40,116 nt of DNA from a phage: NCBI GenBank assembly GCA_011944185.1, contig GCA_011944185.1_3921.1; one strand, given 5' to 3'. The notes under the pieces are model-generated. The model was not told where the DNA came from. It saw only the letters and a program-made list of their open reading frames with translations, and did not search any database. The position numbers were made by a program, and so were the translations under genes. This document shows positions 5,769 to 14,845 of the stretch, piece after piece (position 1 is the first letter of the stretch; every line of letters starts with the position of its first letter).

Positions 5769-5834
5769 TACAGAGTTATACTTTATAAGAAGACTTATAC
5801 AGTATGTCTCTGACGTACATTGTGGTTTCTCCTT

Positions 5835-5858
5835 GACGGTCTCTGTACCGTCTTTTTT
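5835..5858 (+). terminator. rho-independent terminator
   Basis: gacggt-ctctgt-accgtc hairpin followed by TTTTTT. Confidence 0.55.
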
Positions 5859-5894
5859 AAGGGGAAACATGGTTAACTATTTGGAGAAAACATA

Positions 5895-6095
5895 ATGAGC
5901 GAGACCGTTTATAAAGAACTTTATGAAGCTAATAAGAAGCTAGAATTTATGCAGAACACTATCATGGCAATTGCAGACAGATTATCTGTAGCAACAGGTA
6001 TTGATATTAAAGAAGCATCTATGGATGCACTTCTTGATGCTGTTGATGCAAAGTTCGAAGTTAAGAAAGAAGAGACTGCTACAGACTCTGAATAA
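5895..6095 (+). CDS. hypothetical small acidic protein (66 aa), immediately upstream of the large terminase
   Basis: ORF with GGAG RBS 7 nt upstream; no recognisable motif. Confidence 0.45.
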   Translation: MSETVYKELYEANKKLEFMQNTIMAIADRLSVATGIDIKEASMDALLDAVDAKFEVKKEETATDSE

Positions 6096-6116
6096 TTCTA
6101 TTTGCGGAGGTGCTTA

Positions 6117-7718
6117 ATGGACTTAAATGCTGTTAAGCAGAAGCGAGTGGAAGATGTTAGGAAAGTCCTAGCTGGAGAGTTGGGGCTTTCTGATGAAGTA
6201 AAAGAAATTATTAAATCATTCGGTAAAGACCCCTCTAAATTCCTTCCAACTCAAATTCTGACTTTATTAAGATACACACCAGACCAAGTTCGCCTTATCT
6301 TTAAATTGATGACTGATAAGAATTATGTAGCCCCTCAGCCGGGTTCTCAAGAGGTCTTTTTAAATACTAATGCTGACTTGGTTCTCTATGGTGGTGCTGC
6401 GGGTGCTGGTAAGACTGCTGCATTGTTAATGGACTCTTTAAGGTTTATTGATGACCCTAATTATAATGCTGTATATTTCCGTCGAAATACAACACAGCTA
6501 CAAGGTGGTTTGTGGCCTGCTGCAAAGAAACTATTTGGTAAGTTTGGTGGGGTTCCTCACGAGCAGAAGATGACTATCACATTCCCTTCTGGGGCAACTA
6601 TCAAGTTTACCTATCTAGAGCTTGAAAAGCACGCTGAAGGTCATCAGGGTATTGAGTATTCAGCTATTTACTTTGACGAAGGTACTCACTTCTCTGCTTC
6701 ACAGATTTCATACCTACAGACTCGTCTACGTTCTGGGGCTGAAGGTGATTCATACATGAAGATTTCTATGAACCCAGACAGAGACCACTTTATTTACGAT
6801 TGGGTAGAACCATTCTTAGATGAAGAAGGTTACCCAGACCCTGAAAAGTGTGGTCGTATTCGTTGGTATGTAATGAATGATGGTGTTATGGTTTCTGATT
6901 GGGAGAGAGACAAGATTCTTGAAATGTTTCCTCTTGAGATTCCTCAAACATATACATTCATCTCTGGTACGATTGATGATAACCCAATTCTTGACTTCTT
7001 AGAACCTAAATATCGTGGTAAGTTGGAAAACAACACCCCTGTAAACGTTGCAAGACTTCGTTTCGGTAACTGGAAGGCTCGTGCAGAAGGTTCAAACTAT
7101 TGGCAAAGACAATGGTGTGAAATTGTTGATTCACTCCCAGAAGATGTATTCGATGTCAGAGCATGGGACTTAGCAGCAACTTTACCATCTGAGATTAACC
7201 CTAACCCAGACTGGACAGCAGGTGTTAAGATGGGTAAATCTAAAAAAGACGGTTGCTATTATATCATTGATGTAGTAAGATTTAGAGATAGACCCTCTGG
7301 AGTCGAAACACAAATTAATTTGACTGCTGAAAGTGACGGTAAGCGAACTGGTATTTTTATCCCTCAAGACCCAGGCGCTGCTGGTAAATCCTACGCAACA
7401 TCCCTCATCAGGAAACTTGCCGAGAAAGGTTATCGAGCAAGAGCTAAACCAACAAATAAAGACAAAGTTACCCGATTTGCGGGGTTTTCTGCTGCTTCTG
7501 AAGCTGGACTTGTAAAAGTCTTGAGAGGTAGTTGGAACGAAGCTTACTTTCAAGAACTTGAAGGTTTTTGTGGTGATGGTAAAACTAAAGATGACCAAGT
7601 GGATGCTACCAGTGATGCTTTCAACAGTCTTAACGAAGTTAAATTATTCAAGCCACCATCAATGGGTGCTCACACAGACTTAGTGAGAGGAAACCCATAT
7701 GAGGGGCTTAGACGTTGA
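6117..7718 (+). CDS. terminase large subunit
   Basis: Walker A P-loop LYGGAAGAGKT, DEGTH Walker B-like; ATG at 6117 with GGAGG 6 nt upstream (the track starts at an in-frame TTG at 6102); followed by portal. Confidence 0.88.
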   Translation: MDLNAVKQKRVEDVRKVLAGELGLSDEVKEIIKSFGKDPSKFLPTQILTLLRYTPDQVRLIFKLMTDKNYVAPQPGSQEVFLNTNADLVLYGGAAGAGKTAALLMDSLRFIDDPNYNAVYFRRNTTQLQGGLWPAAKKLFGKFGGVPHEQKMTITFPSGATIKFTYLELEKHAEGHQGIEYSAIYFDEGTHFSASQISYLQTRLRSGAEGDSYMKISMNPDRDHFIYDWVEPFLDEEGYPDPEKCGRIRWYVMNDGVMVSDWERDKILEMFPLEIPQTYTFISGTIDDNPILDFLEPKYRGKLENNTPVNVARLRFGNWKARAEGSNYWQRQWCEIVDSLPEDVFDVRAWDLAATLPSEINPNPDWTAGVKMGKSKKDGCYYIIDVVRFRDRPSGVETQINLTAESDGKRTGIFIPQDPGAAGKSYATSLIRKLAEKGYRARAKPTNKDKVTRFAGFSAASEAGLVKVLRGSWNEAYFQELEGFCGDGKTKDDQVDATSDAFNSLNEVKLFKPPSMGAHTDLVRGNPYEGLRR

Positions 7719-7734
7719 TAGCTAGGTGAGAAGA

Positions 7735-9201
7735 ATGGCAGATATTACAGAAACACAAGAAAGCTTACCACCATTTAGAATGGGTGAAGTAGGTTCTTTG
7801 GGTCTGAAGGTTAAGAATGGAAGAATCTATGAAGAACCTCGTCAGGCACTAAGGTTCCCTGAAAGTATTAAAACTTTCCAATTAATGATGCGTGACCCTG
7901 CTGTAGCAGCATCTGTAAATATTATTAAGATGTTTGTCAGAAAAGTCAACTGGAGATTCGTACCTCCAAAGGGAAAAGAGCAAGACCCTAAAATGCTTGA
8001 AAGAGCAGACTTCTTTAATTCTTTAATGGATGACATGGAGCATGATTGGGCAGATTTTATTAATTCTGTAATGTCATTCTGCACTTATGGGTTCTGTGTT
8101 AACGAGAAAGTTTATAAGAAGCGTCAGGGTAAAAAAGGAAAGTACCAGTCTAAATTTGATGATGGTCTAATTGGATGGGCTAAATTACCAATCAGAAACC
8201 AATCAACACTTGATAAGTGGTATTTTGACGAAGACTTTAGAAAAGTTACAGGTGTTAGGCAGAATCTGAGAAATGTTTCACATATTGCTGGAGCAATTAA
8301 TCTCGGAGAAAGACCACTAACAAGAAAACTTCCACGAGCTAAATTCATGCTGTTCAAGTATGACGATGAATATGGAAATCCAGAAGGTCGTTCACCATTA
8401 CTTAATGCTTATGTACCGTGGAAGTATAAAGTACAGATTGAAGAGTATGAAGCTGTTGGTGTTTCAAGAGACTTGGTAGGTATGCCAAAGATTGGTTTAC
8501 CACCAGATTATCTGGATGAAAATGCAGAACCTGAAAAGAAAGCTTTCGTACAATACTGCAAAACTGTTGTCAACGATATGATTGCTAATGACAGAGCAGG
8601 TTTAATCTGGCCTAGATATATCGACCCAGATACTAAAGAGGATATTTTCGAGTTCTCATTAGTTTCTAGACAGGGTGCTAAAGCATACGATACAGGTTCT
8701 ATTATTGACAGATACTCCAAGCAGATTATGATGGCATTTATGTCAGATGTTCTTGCTATGGGTCAGTCAAAATACGGTTCATTCTCTCTTGCAGATTCTA
8801 AGACAAGCTTATTAGCGATGTCAGTAGATATTCTGCTGAAGCAAATTAAGAACGTAATTAACCGTGACTTAGTTGCACAGACTTATGCTCTTAATATGTG
8901 GGATGATGAAGAACATGTACAAATCACATATGATGATATCGAAACTCCAGACCTTGAAGCAATTGGTTCTTATATTCAGAAGACTGTTGCAGTAGGTGCT
9001 TTGGAAGTTGACAAAGAACTATCTAACAAGCTTAGAGAGCATATTGGTCTTCCTCCTGCTGATGAGTCTCAGCCAGTATCTGAAAAGCTTTCTCCAAATA
9101 GCCAAAGCCGTTCAGGAGATGGTTATAAGACCGCTGGAGAAGGTACTGCAAAGACACCTTCAGCGAAAGACCCAAGCACAGCAAATAAGGCAAATAAATA
9201 A
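7735..9201 (+). CDS. portal protein (by position and size)
   Basis: about 489-aa ORF directly after the terminase; ATG at 7735 with GGTGAG upstream (the track starts at GTG 7726). Confidence 0.7.
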   Translation: MADITETQESLPPFRMGEVGSLGLKVKNGRIYEEPRQALRFPESIKTFQLMMRDPAVAASVNIIKMFVRKVNWRFVPPKGKEQDPKMLERADFFNSLMDDMEHDWADFINSVMSFCTYGFCVNEKVYKKRQGKKGKYQSKFDDGLIGWAKLPIRNQSTLDKWYFDEDFRKVTGVRQNLRNVSHIAGAINLGERPLTRKLPRAKFMLFKYDDEYGNPEGRSPLLNAYVPWKYKVQIEEYEAVGVSRDLVGMPKIGLPPDYLDENAEPEKKAFVQYCKTVVNDMIANDRAGLIWPRYIDPDTKEDIFEFSLVSRQGAKAYDTGSIIDRYSKQIMMAFMSDVLAMGQSKYGSFSLADSKTSLLAMSVDILLKQIKNVINRDLVAQTYALNMWDDEEHVQITYDDIETPDLEAIGSYIQKTVAVGALEVDKELSNKLREHIGLPPADESQPVSEKLSPNSQSRSGDGYKTAGEGTAKTPSAKDPSTANKANK

Positions 9202-9701
9202 TGGCTGAAGTTATCTCTATTTCAAATGCTACACGAGTGCATTCGTATAGAGGTGTTCTTATTATCACTGACAAATTATCTGTAGAGGTTGGCTCAAGGG
9301 TCAGCCTTTCAGGTTATGTAAGTGATGGTGAAACCTCTGACGTTTTCACTATTTGCAGGTTACTTGATGCTCCAATGAGTGGGAAACCGTTTATTTCAGG
9401 AAATTGTAGTGAAATTGTTAAAATTCCATTTGACAGTTCATGCCTTTTGGGTGTAAAGTTATATAACTGCGAGAATAAACGTATCAATGTTAATAGCATT
9501 GAAGCCGCTTTCATTACCCTCGACACTGCATTTCAATCTCCAATGACAGTTAATAAAGAAACAAACAGACTTGAATACATTTTTTCACAAAATGATTACA
9601 AAGTACTTGTCAAAGGTAAAGTATATGATATGATTGTAAATGTGGTAGATGAATCTGGTAACCATTCAACAGTCCTTAAACAAAAAGTAAGGTTTAATTA
9701 A
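9201..9701 (+). CDS. hypothetical protein (166 aa)
   Basis: ORF coupled to the portal stop. Confidence 0.45.
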   Translation: MAEVISISNATRVHSYRGVLIITDKLSVEVGSRVSLSGYVSDGETSDVFTICRLLDAPMSGKPFISGNCSEIVKIPFDSSCLLGVKLYNCENKRINVNSIEAAFITLDTAFQSPMTVNKETNRLEYIFSQNDYKVLVKGKVYDMIVNVVDESGNHSTVLKQKVRFN

Positions 9702-10033
9702 TGGGAACATTAACTATTGATGGTAAGAATAAAATCCTCGCCACGCTAACCCCAACGACTATTATTTTACACAATGTAGACCCAACGGCAGACCCTACAG
9801 CAAATAAGGTTACTCAGCCAGTGGCTATTTATTTTTCTGAACCGGATAACGGCTTAATTGCCTCAGAAGACACAGTTAATATTACTGTTCCAGCTTCTGC
9901 AACGGTCTCACACTATAGCTTGTGGGATGCTAACGATAAATGCGTGGCAACTGGTGCTCTTAGCAAACCTCAATTCTTTGCTGAAGAAGGTATTTATGTT
10001 ATCTCTTCAGTCTCTGTAGATTTAAACAAATAG
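9701..10033 (+). CDS. hypothetical protein (110 aa)
   Basis: ORF coupled to the upstream stop. Confidence 0.45.
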   Translation: MGTLTIDGKNKILATLTPTTIILHNVDPTADPTANKVTQPVAIYFSEPDNGLIASEDTVNITVPASATVSHYSLWDANDKCVATGALSKPQFFAEEGIYVISSVSVDLNK

Positions 10034-10044
10034 GGTGAGTAAAA

Positions 10045-11391
10045 ATGAGTTCGAATATCTTCAGACTTGCTGATAGATTATTCAACCAACCTTTACTAGC
10101 CACTGAATCATTAGCTCACTCAGCAGCAACTTATGTGAATAACAGATTGCTGGGTGATGTCCAAGCAGCAGTAAACTTTGATAAACCCAAAGGTGACGCA
10201 AGAAGTCTTTTAAAAGTAAAAGATGACATTGCTATTATCCCTATTATGGGTGGTTTAACTCATCGTATGACGTTCATTGATGCAATGTGTACAGGTGGAT
10301 TAAGCTCTTATGAGGGTTTACGTAGAGGCTTTGACGAAGCTTTAGCAGATGAGTCAATCAAGACTATTGTTCTGCATATTGATTCTGGTGGTGGTGAAGC
10401 TTCAGGTTGCTTTGAATTAGCACGTCACATCATGGCTTCAAGAGGCCAAAAGAAAATTATTGCTTATGTAGATGAGTTCGCTTGTTCCGCTGCATATGCT
10501 CTTGCATCTTCTGCTGAAGAAATTATTGCATCACCAGATGCAGATGTTGGTTCTATTGGTGTAATCATGGTTCATCAGGAATTAACTAAGGCATTTGAAA
10601 AGAATGGCGTAACAATTAACGTCATCAAAGCTGGTGAGTTTAAAGGTATGGGTTCACCATTCCAAGCACTTTCAGAAGAAAGCAAAGAAAGACTTCAAAA
10701 GAGAATTAATGATACCTACGCAACCTTTACAGGTTTTGTAGCTGAAGCTCGTAATATCTCTGAAGAAGCTGTAAAGAATACTGAGGCGAATGTTTATTCT
10801 GCTCAGGAAGCTCTTGAACTTGGTTTAATTAACTCAATCATGTCTCAAGATGATTTCTTAAATTACTTACAAGGTTCTGAAGAGGCTCCTGTAAGTTTAA
10901 ACGTTAACAATTCAGGTGAAGAAATGACTGAACAAGAAAAGCAAGAACTAGAAGCTTTGCGTCTTCAGGTTGCTCAAATGAAAGCTAAAGAACAGGAAGC
11001 TGCTTTGTCAGATTTGACTAATAAGATTTCTGCTTCTGCTGAAGCTTTTGGATTTGATGCAAAAGAAGCTGCAACGACTATTTTAGGTGCTGGTCTTGAT
11101 AACCCTCTGAGTGTTCTGTTTATGAATGCTATGGAAGGTGCTAACCAGAAACTTAATGAAACTATCGCGTCCCATGCTTCTGCAATGGAAGAAAAAGAAT
11201 CAGAAATTACCAAGCTGAAAGAAACTGCTGGTGCTGTTCTTGAACATTCCAACGCTATGGAAGAAGTGGGTAATGACGGCGAAGCTGATTTAGTTGAAGA
11301 AGAAAAAGAACCAGCTAAGAATGCTTCCGAAGACACCGCTGAACAACGCAAACTGGCTCTCCAGAATGCTCTAAAATCTCTTATCAAATAA
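10045..11391 (+). CDS. prohead protease, S49/ClpP-like, with C-terminal scaffold-like coiled-coil region
   Basis: S49/SppA-like core (IDSGGGEASG ... FACSAAYALAS ... IGVIMVHQE); acidic, Ala/Glu-rich coiled-coil C-terminus; placed between portal and capsid genes like lambda gpC/Nu3. Confidence 0.78.
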   Translation: MSSNIFRLADRLFNQPLLATESLAHSAATYVNNRLLGDVQAAVNFDKPKGDARSLLKVKDDIAIIPIMGGLTHRMTFIDAMCTGGLSSYEGLRRGFDEALADESIKTIVLHIDSGGGEASGCFELARHIMASRGQKKIIAYVDEFACSAAYALASSAEEIIASPDADVGSIGVIMVHQELTKAFEKNGVTINVIKAGEFKGMGSPFQALSEESKERLQKRINDTYATFTGFVAEARNISEEAVKNTEANVYSAQEALELGLINSIMSQDDFLNYLQGSEEAPVSLNVNNSGEEMTEQEKQELEALRLQVAQMKAKEQEAALSDLTNKISASAEAFGFDAKEAATTILGAGLDNPLSVLFMNAMEGANQKLNETIASHASAMEEKESEITKLKETAGAVLEHSNAMEEVGNDGEADLVEEEKEPAKNASEDTAEQRKLALQNALKSLIK

Positions 11392-11402
11392 GGAACACAA
11401 TA

Positions 11403-11780
11403 ATGGCATATCAAGGTTTTACTAAGTTAGGTAAAAGAGAACCTCTGAATGATATCATTCTTTGGGAACAGGTTACCCCAACAGGCCACTCTCGTAAAGA
11501 GTACACCCCACAGGCATCTACAGAATATCGTGTAGGTGAAGTTCTGAAAGCAGATGGTACTAAAGTTGCAGCAGGGGAAGAAGCTCAGGCTGATTCTGTA
11601 TGTATCGTTAACTTTTATGCAGACCTGCAACTGTCTTACCACGGTCAGTTGAAAGTTGTTGGTATTTACCGTGACGCAGAACTGAAAGACATGCTGACTC
11701 TTGAGTCTGGTGTTAATGCCGAGAGCGTCAAGACAGCTCTGGCTGCTAAAGGTATTGATTTCGTACCAACTGGCCTGTAA
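11403..11780 (+). CDS. head decoration protein (gpD-like, by position and size)
   Basis: 125-aa ORF between protease and major capsid gene; codon usage matches the capsid gene. Confidence 0.5.
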   Translation: MAYQGFTKLGKREPLNDIILWEQVTPTGHSRKEYTPQASTEYRVGEVLKADGTKVAAGEEAQADSVCIVNFYADLQLSYHGQLKVVGIYRDAELKDMLTLESGVNAESVKTALAAKGIDFVPTGL

Positions 11781-11813
11781 TAACAATAATAAGACATTCT
11801 GGAGAATTTTACA

Positions 11814-12920
11814 ATGTTGACTAATTCTGAAAAAAGCAGATTTTTCCTTGCTGACCTGACTGGTGAAGTCCAGTCTATCCCAAATACTTATGGGTATATT
11901 TCCAACTTAGGTCTGTTCCGTTCAGCACCAATCACCCAAACTACTTTCCTTATGGACTTGACTGATTGGGATGTTAGCTTGCTTGATGCGGTAGACCGTG
12001 ATAGCCGTAAAGCAGAGACTAGCGCACCTGAGCGTGTTCGTCAAATCAGCTTCCCAATGATGTACTTCAAAGAAGTTGAAAGCATTACTCCTGATGAAAT
12101 TCAGGGTGTACGTCAGCCAGGCACTGCAAACGAACTGACTACTGAAGCTGTAGTACGTGCTAAGAAGCTGATGAAGATTCGTACCAAGTTCGATATTACT
12201 CGTGAGTTCCTGTTTATGCAAGCTCTGAAGGGTAAAGTTGTTGATGCTCGTGGTACTCTGTATGCTGACCTGTACAAGCAGTTCGACGTTGAGAAGAAGA
12301 CTGTTTACTTCGACCTTGACAACCCTAATGCTGACATCGACGCTTCTATTGAAGAACTGCGTATGCACATGGAAGACGAAGCTAAGACTGGCACTGTAAT
12401 CAACGGTGAAGAAATTCACGTAGTTGTTGACCGTGTATTCTTCAGCAAGCTGACTAAACACCCTAAGATTCGTGATGCCTATCTTGCACAGCAGACCCCA
12501 CTGGCTTGGCAACAGATTACTGGTTCTCTGAGAACTGGTGGTACTGACGGCGTTCAGGCTCACATGAACACTTTCTACTACGGTGGTGTTAAGTTTGTCC
12601 AGTACAACGGTAAGTTCAAAGACAAGCGTGGTAAGGTTCATACTCTGGTGAGCATTGATGGTGCTGGTGCAGAGGTTGGTGTAGGACACGCTTTCCCTAA
12701 CGTTTCTATGCTGGGTGAAGCAAACAACATCTTCGAAGTGGCTTATGGCCCATGCCCTAAGATGGGTTACGCAAATACACTTGGTCAGGAACTGTATGTA
12801 TTCGAATACGAAAAAGACCGTGATGAAGGTATTGACTTCGAAGCTCACTCTTACATGCTGCCATACTGTACTCGTCCTCAGTTGCTGGTAGACGTTCGTT
12901 CTGACGCTAAAGACGAATAA
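11814..12920 (+). CDS. major capsid protein (lambda gpE-like)
   Basis: 368-aa ORF in the canonical position; strongly biased codon usage (CTG, CGT, GAC) typical of a highly expressed virion gene. Confidence 0.8.
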   Translation: MLTNSEKSRFFLADLTGEVQSIPNTYGYISNLGLFRSAPITQTTFLMDLTDWDVSLLDAVDRDSRKAETSAPERVRQISFPMMYFKEVESITPDEIQGVRQPGTANELTTEAVVRAKKLMKIRTKFDITREFLFMQALKGKVVDARGTLYADLYKQFDVEKKTVYFDLDNPNADIDASIEELRMHMEDEAKTGTVINGEEIHVVVDRVFFSKLTKHPKIRDAYLAQQTPLAWQQITGSLRTGGTDGVQAHMNTFYYGGVKFVQYNGKFKDKRGKVHTLVSIDGAGAEVGVGHAFPNVSMLGEANNIFEVAYGPCPKMGYANTLGQELYVFEYEKDRDEGIDFEAHSYMLPYCTRPQLLVDVRSDAKDE

Positions 12921-12941
12921 TATTCTTAAGGAGGGTTATGA

Positions 12942-13391
12942 ATGTGTTATACAGGCGACCCAGCCAATAACCCTCTTGATAGAGTAAGAATCCTCTGCAC
13001 AGACACCAATAATGATGAAATTCTTATTGAACAGTCTGTGCTAGAGTGGTTCTATCTAGAATCTGGAAAGGATGAAAAGAAAGCAGCCATCAAAGCTCTT
13101 AAATATTTACTCTTTCAAGTAGCCAAGATGGGAGATGAGAAGGTTGGTGGTGTTTATTTACGTAACTCTTCCAGATTCAAATCTCTGAAAGCTGTTTATG
13201 ATGACCTTGTTAAAAGCTCTGTTTCAGGACTACCCTATGCAGGTGGTATTAACCAGTGCGATATTGATATGCGTCGTCAGAATCCTTGCTCTGTCAAGAA
13301 ATACACAGAATATGGTGATGCTGCCAGATACGAAGGCAGAGATTACTGCAACCGTGTTAATGGCGTATTTATTATCGAGCGAGATGAATAA
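12942..13391 (+). CDS. hypothetical head-tail joining protein
   Basis: ORF with AAGGAGGG RBS; position between capsid and tail genes. Confidence 0.45.
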   Translation: MCYTGDPANNPLDRVRILCTDTNNDEILIEQSVLEWFYLESGKDEKKAAIKALKYLLFQVAKMGDEKVGGVYLRNSSRFKSLKAVYDDLVKSSVSGLPYAGGINQCDIDMRRQNPCSVKKYTEYGDAARYEGRDYCNRVNGVFIIERDE

Positions 13392-13873
13392 TGGTTAAAA
13401 GGGTTATTCACCCCGCTAGAGCAAAATTAGTCGGGGCTATGAAGAACTTGCAAACGGCTAATGCTCAAGTTGGGTATTTTCAAGAACAAGGTCAACATAG
13501 CTCTGGTTTTTCTTATCCTGCTTTAATGTATTTGCAAGAAGTTATTGGGGTTCCCTCAGTTTCTGGTAAAGTATATCGTAGGTTGTTTGAAATCACTATG
13601 ATGCTAAACAGACAGACCTTGTTAGAGCAGACTAAGAAGAATCTATATAAGCAACTTAGCAGTCTCAACACAGACCCTTCAAATACCCTAGAAGCATTTG
13701 CAAAGAATGCTCAAAAGGCAATTAAAAGAGGTTTTGGTAATTCTGCTATCCTCCCTCCTAACGCACCTTCCACAGTCAAGAAAAAAGGCTTTAATGCACC
13801 TCTTGTTGAGACAGGTGACTTAAGGGATAACCTTGCTTATAAAATTTCTACTAAGAAGGGTATTAAGAAATGA
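13391..13873 (+). CDS. hypothetical head-tail joining protein
   Basis: translationally coupled ORF (160 aa). Confidence 0.45.
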   Translation: MVKRVIHPARAKLVGAMKNLQTANAQVGYFQEQGQHSSGFSYPALMYLQEVIGVPSVSGKVYRRLFEITMMLNRQTLLEQTKKNLYKQLSSLNTDPSNTLEAFAKNAQKAIKRGFGNSAILPPNAPSTVKKKGFNAPLVETGDLRDNLAYKISTKKGIKK

Positions 13874-14271
13874 GACTCTTAAACAGACACAGCTTTGTAG
13901 TAAAGCGTAAAGTCTCTGAAGACGGTTATTACAATGATGATGGTGATTGGGTAGCTTCACAAGATATTGTAGAGGTTAACTGCAAAGGTAATATCCAGCC
14001 ATATATCAAAGGTTCTGTAAAGAACGGTACACAGATTGCTTTACCGGAAGGTATCAGGCTTACCGATACAAGAATCCTGTATACTACATATAAACTTAGA
14101 ACTTCAGATGATGTAGAGTGGAATGAGTCTGATATTGTTATGATTGATGGTCATGAGTATGAAGTATTTATGACTATGGATTGGTCACAGCAATTAGCCC
14201 ATACGTCCCATTATGAATATATCATTATTAGAAGGGATAAAATGAATGCAGTTAGAAACAGCAGAACTTGA
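13870..14271 (+). CDS. hypothetical neck/tail completion protein
   Basis: overlapping start/stop coupling (133 aa). Confidence 0.45.
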   Translation: MRLLNRHSFVVKRKVSEDGYYNDDGDWVASQDIVEVNCKGNIQPYIKGSVKNGTQIALPEGIRLTDTRILYTTYKLRTSDDVEWNESDIVMIDGHEYEVFMTMDWSQQLAHTSHYEYIIIRRDKMNAVRNSRT

Positions 14272-14845
14272 AAAAGGTCTAGTTAGAACCTTAGTGGATG
14301 TTATTGGTCACAGACTAGCTCGTGATAAAAATAATAGACCAAACGTAATTAGAGCTTACCCTTCTGATAACTCAAATGACAAAGGTTTAAAACCTGACCA
14401 GCCATTTATTACCGTATATTGTCAAGATGCTGCAACACCTTATGGTTGGGTTCTTGATAAGTTTGTTGAGGATGATGTAGTTTGCTACAGAATTGCTTTT
14501 CAGATTCCAGTATTAATTACGGTAAATGGTAAAGGTGCTCACAGTATTATGCTTGAGCTTAAACAACGATTAGAGATGAGTTCAGTCAGAGATTTAATTC
14601 TTGAAGAGACAGGAGCTACAGTTTTAGACACTGGAGCTATCCCGAATGACTATACCTATCTCAATACAGATTTCGAAAATTCTGCGCCTCTTGTTGTAAC
14701 TCTTGTAAAAAATTCAGTCCTGAAAGATGAACGTGGGGGAATTATTGAACGTGTCATTGTTGATGGTGAATTAGTTTACGAAGAAGGACAAGAGCCACCA
14801 GAATATACTATCCATCTAGATGTAGACTCCAAAGGGGTAAAATAA
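14246..14845 (+). CDS. hypothetical tail completion protein
   Basis: 199-aa ORF overlapping the upstream gene by 26 nt. Confidence 0.45.
   Translation: MQLETAELEKGLVRTLVDVIGHRLARDKNNRPNVIRAYPSDNSNDKGLKPDQPFITVYCQDAATPYGWVLDKFVEDDVVCYRIAFQIPVLITVNGKGAHSIMLELKQRLEMSSVRDLILEETGATVLDTGAIPNDYTYLNTDFENSAPLVVTLVKNSVLKDERGGIIERVIVDGELVYEEGQEPPEYTIHLDVDSKGVK

Noticed and set aside
5561-5788. 75-aa ORF on the + strand
   Set aside because: Overlaps tRNA-Ser(GCT) and tRNA-Cys and runs into the terminator hairpin.
7182-7598. 138-aa antisense ORF inside the terminase gene
   Set aside because: Antisense to a motif-supported gene; no independent support.
11922-12848. 308-aa ORF antisense to the major capsid gene
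   Set aside because: Open antisense frame; the sense-strand capsid gene has an RBS, operon context and expected size.
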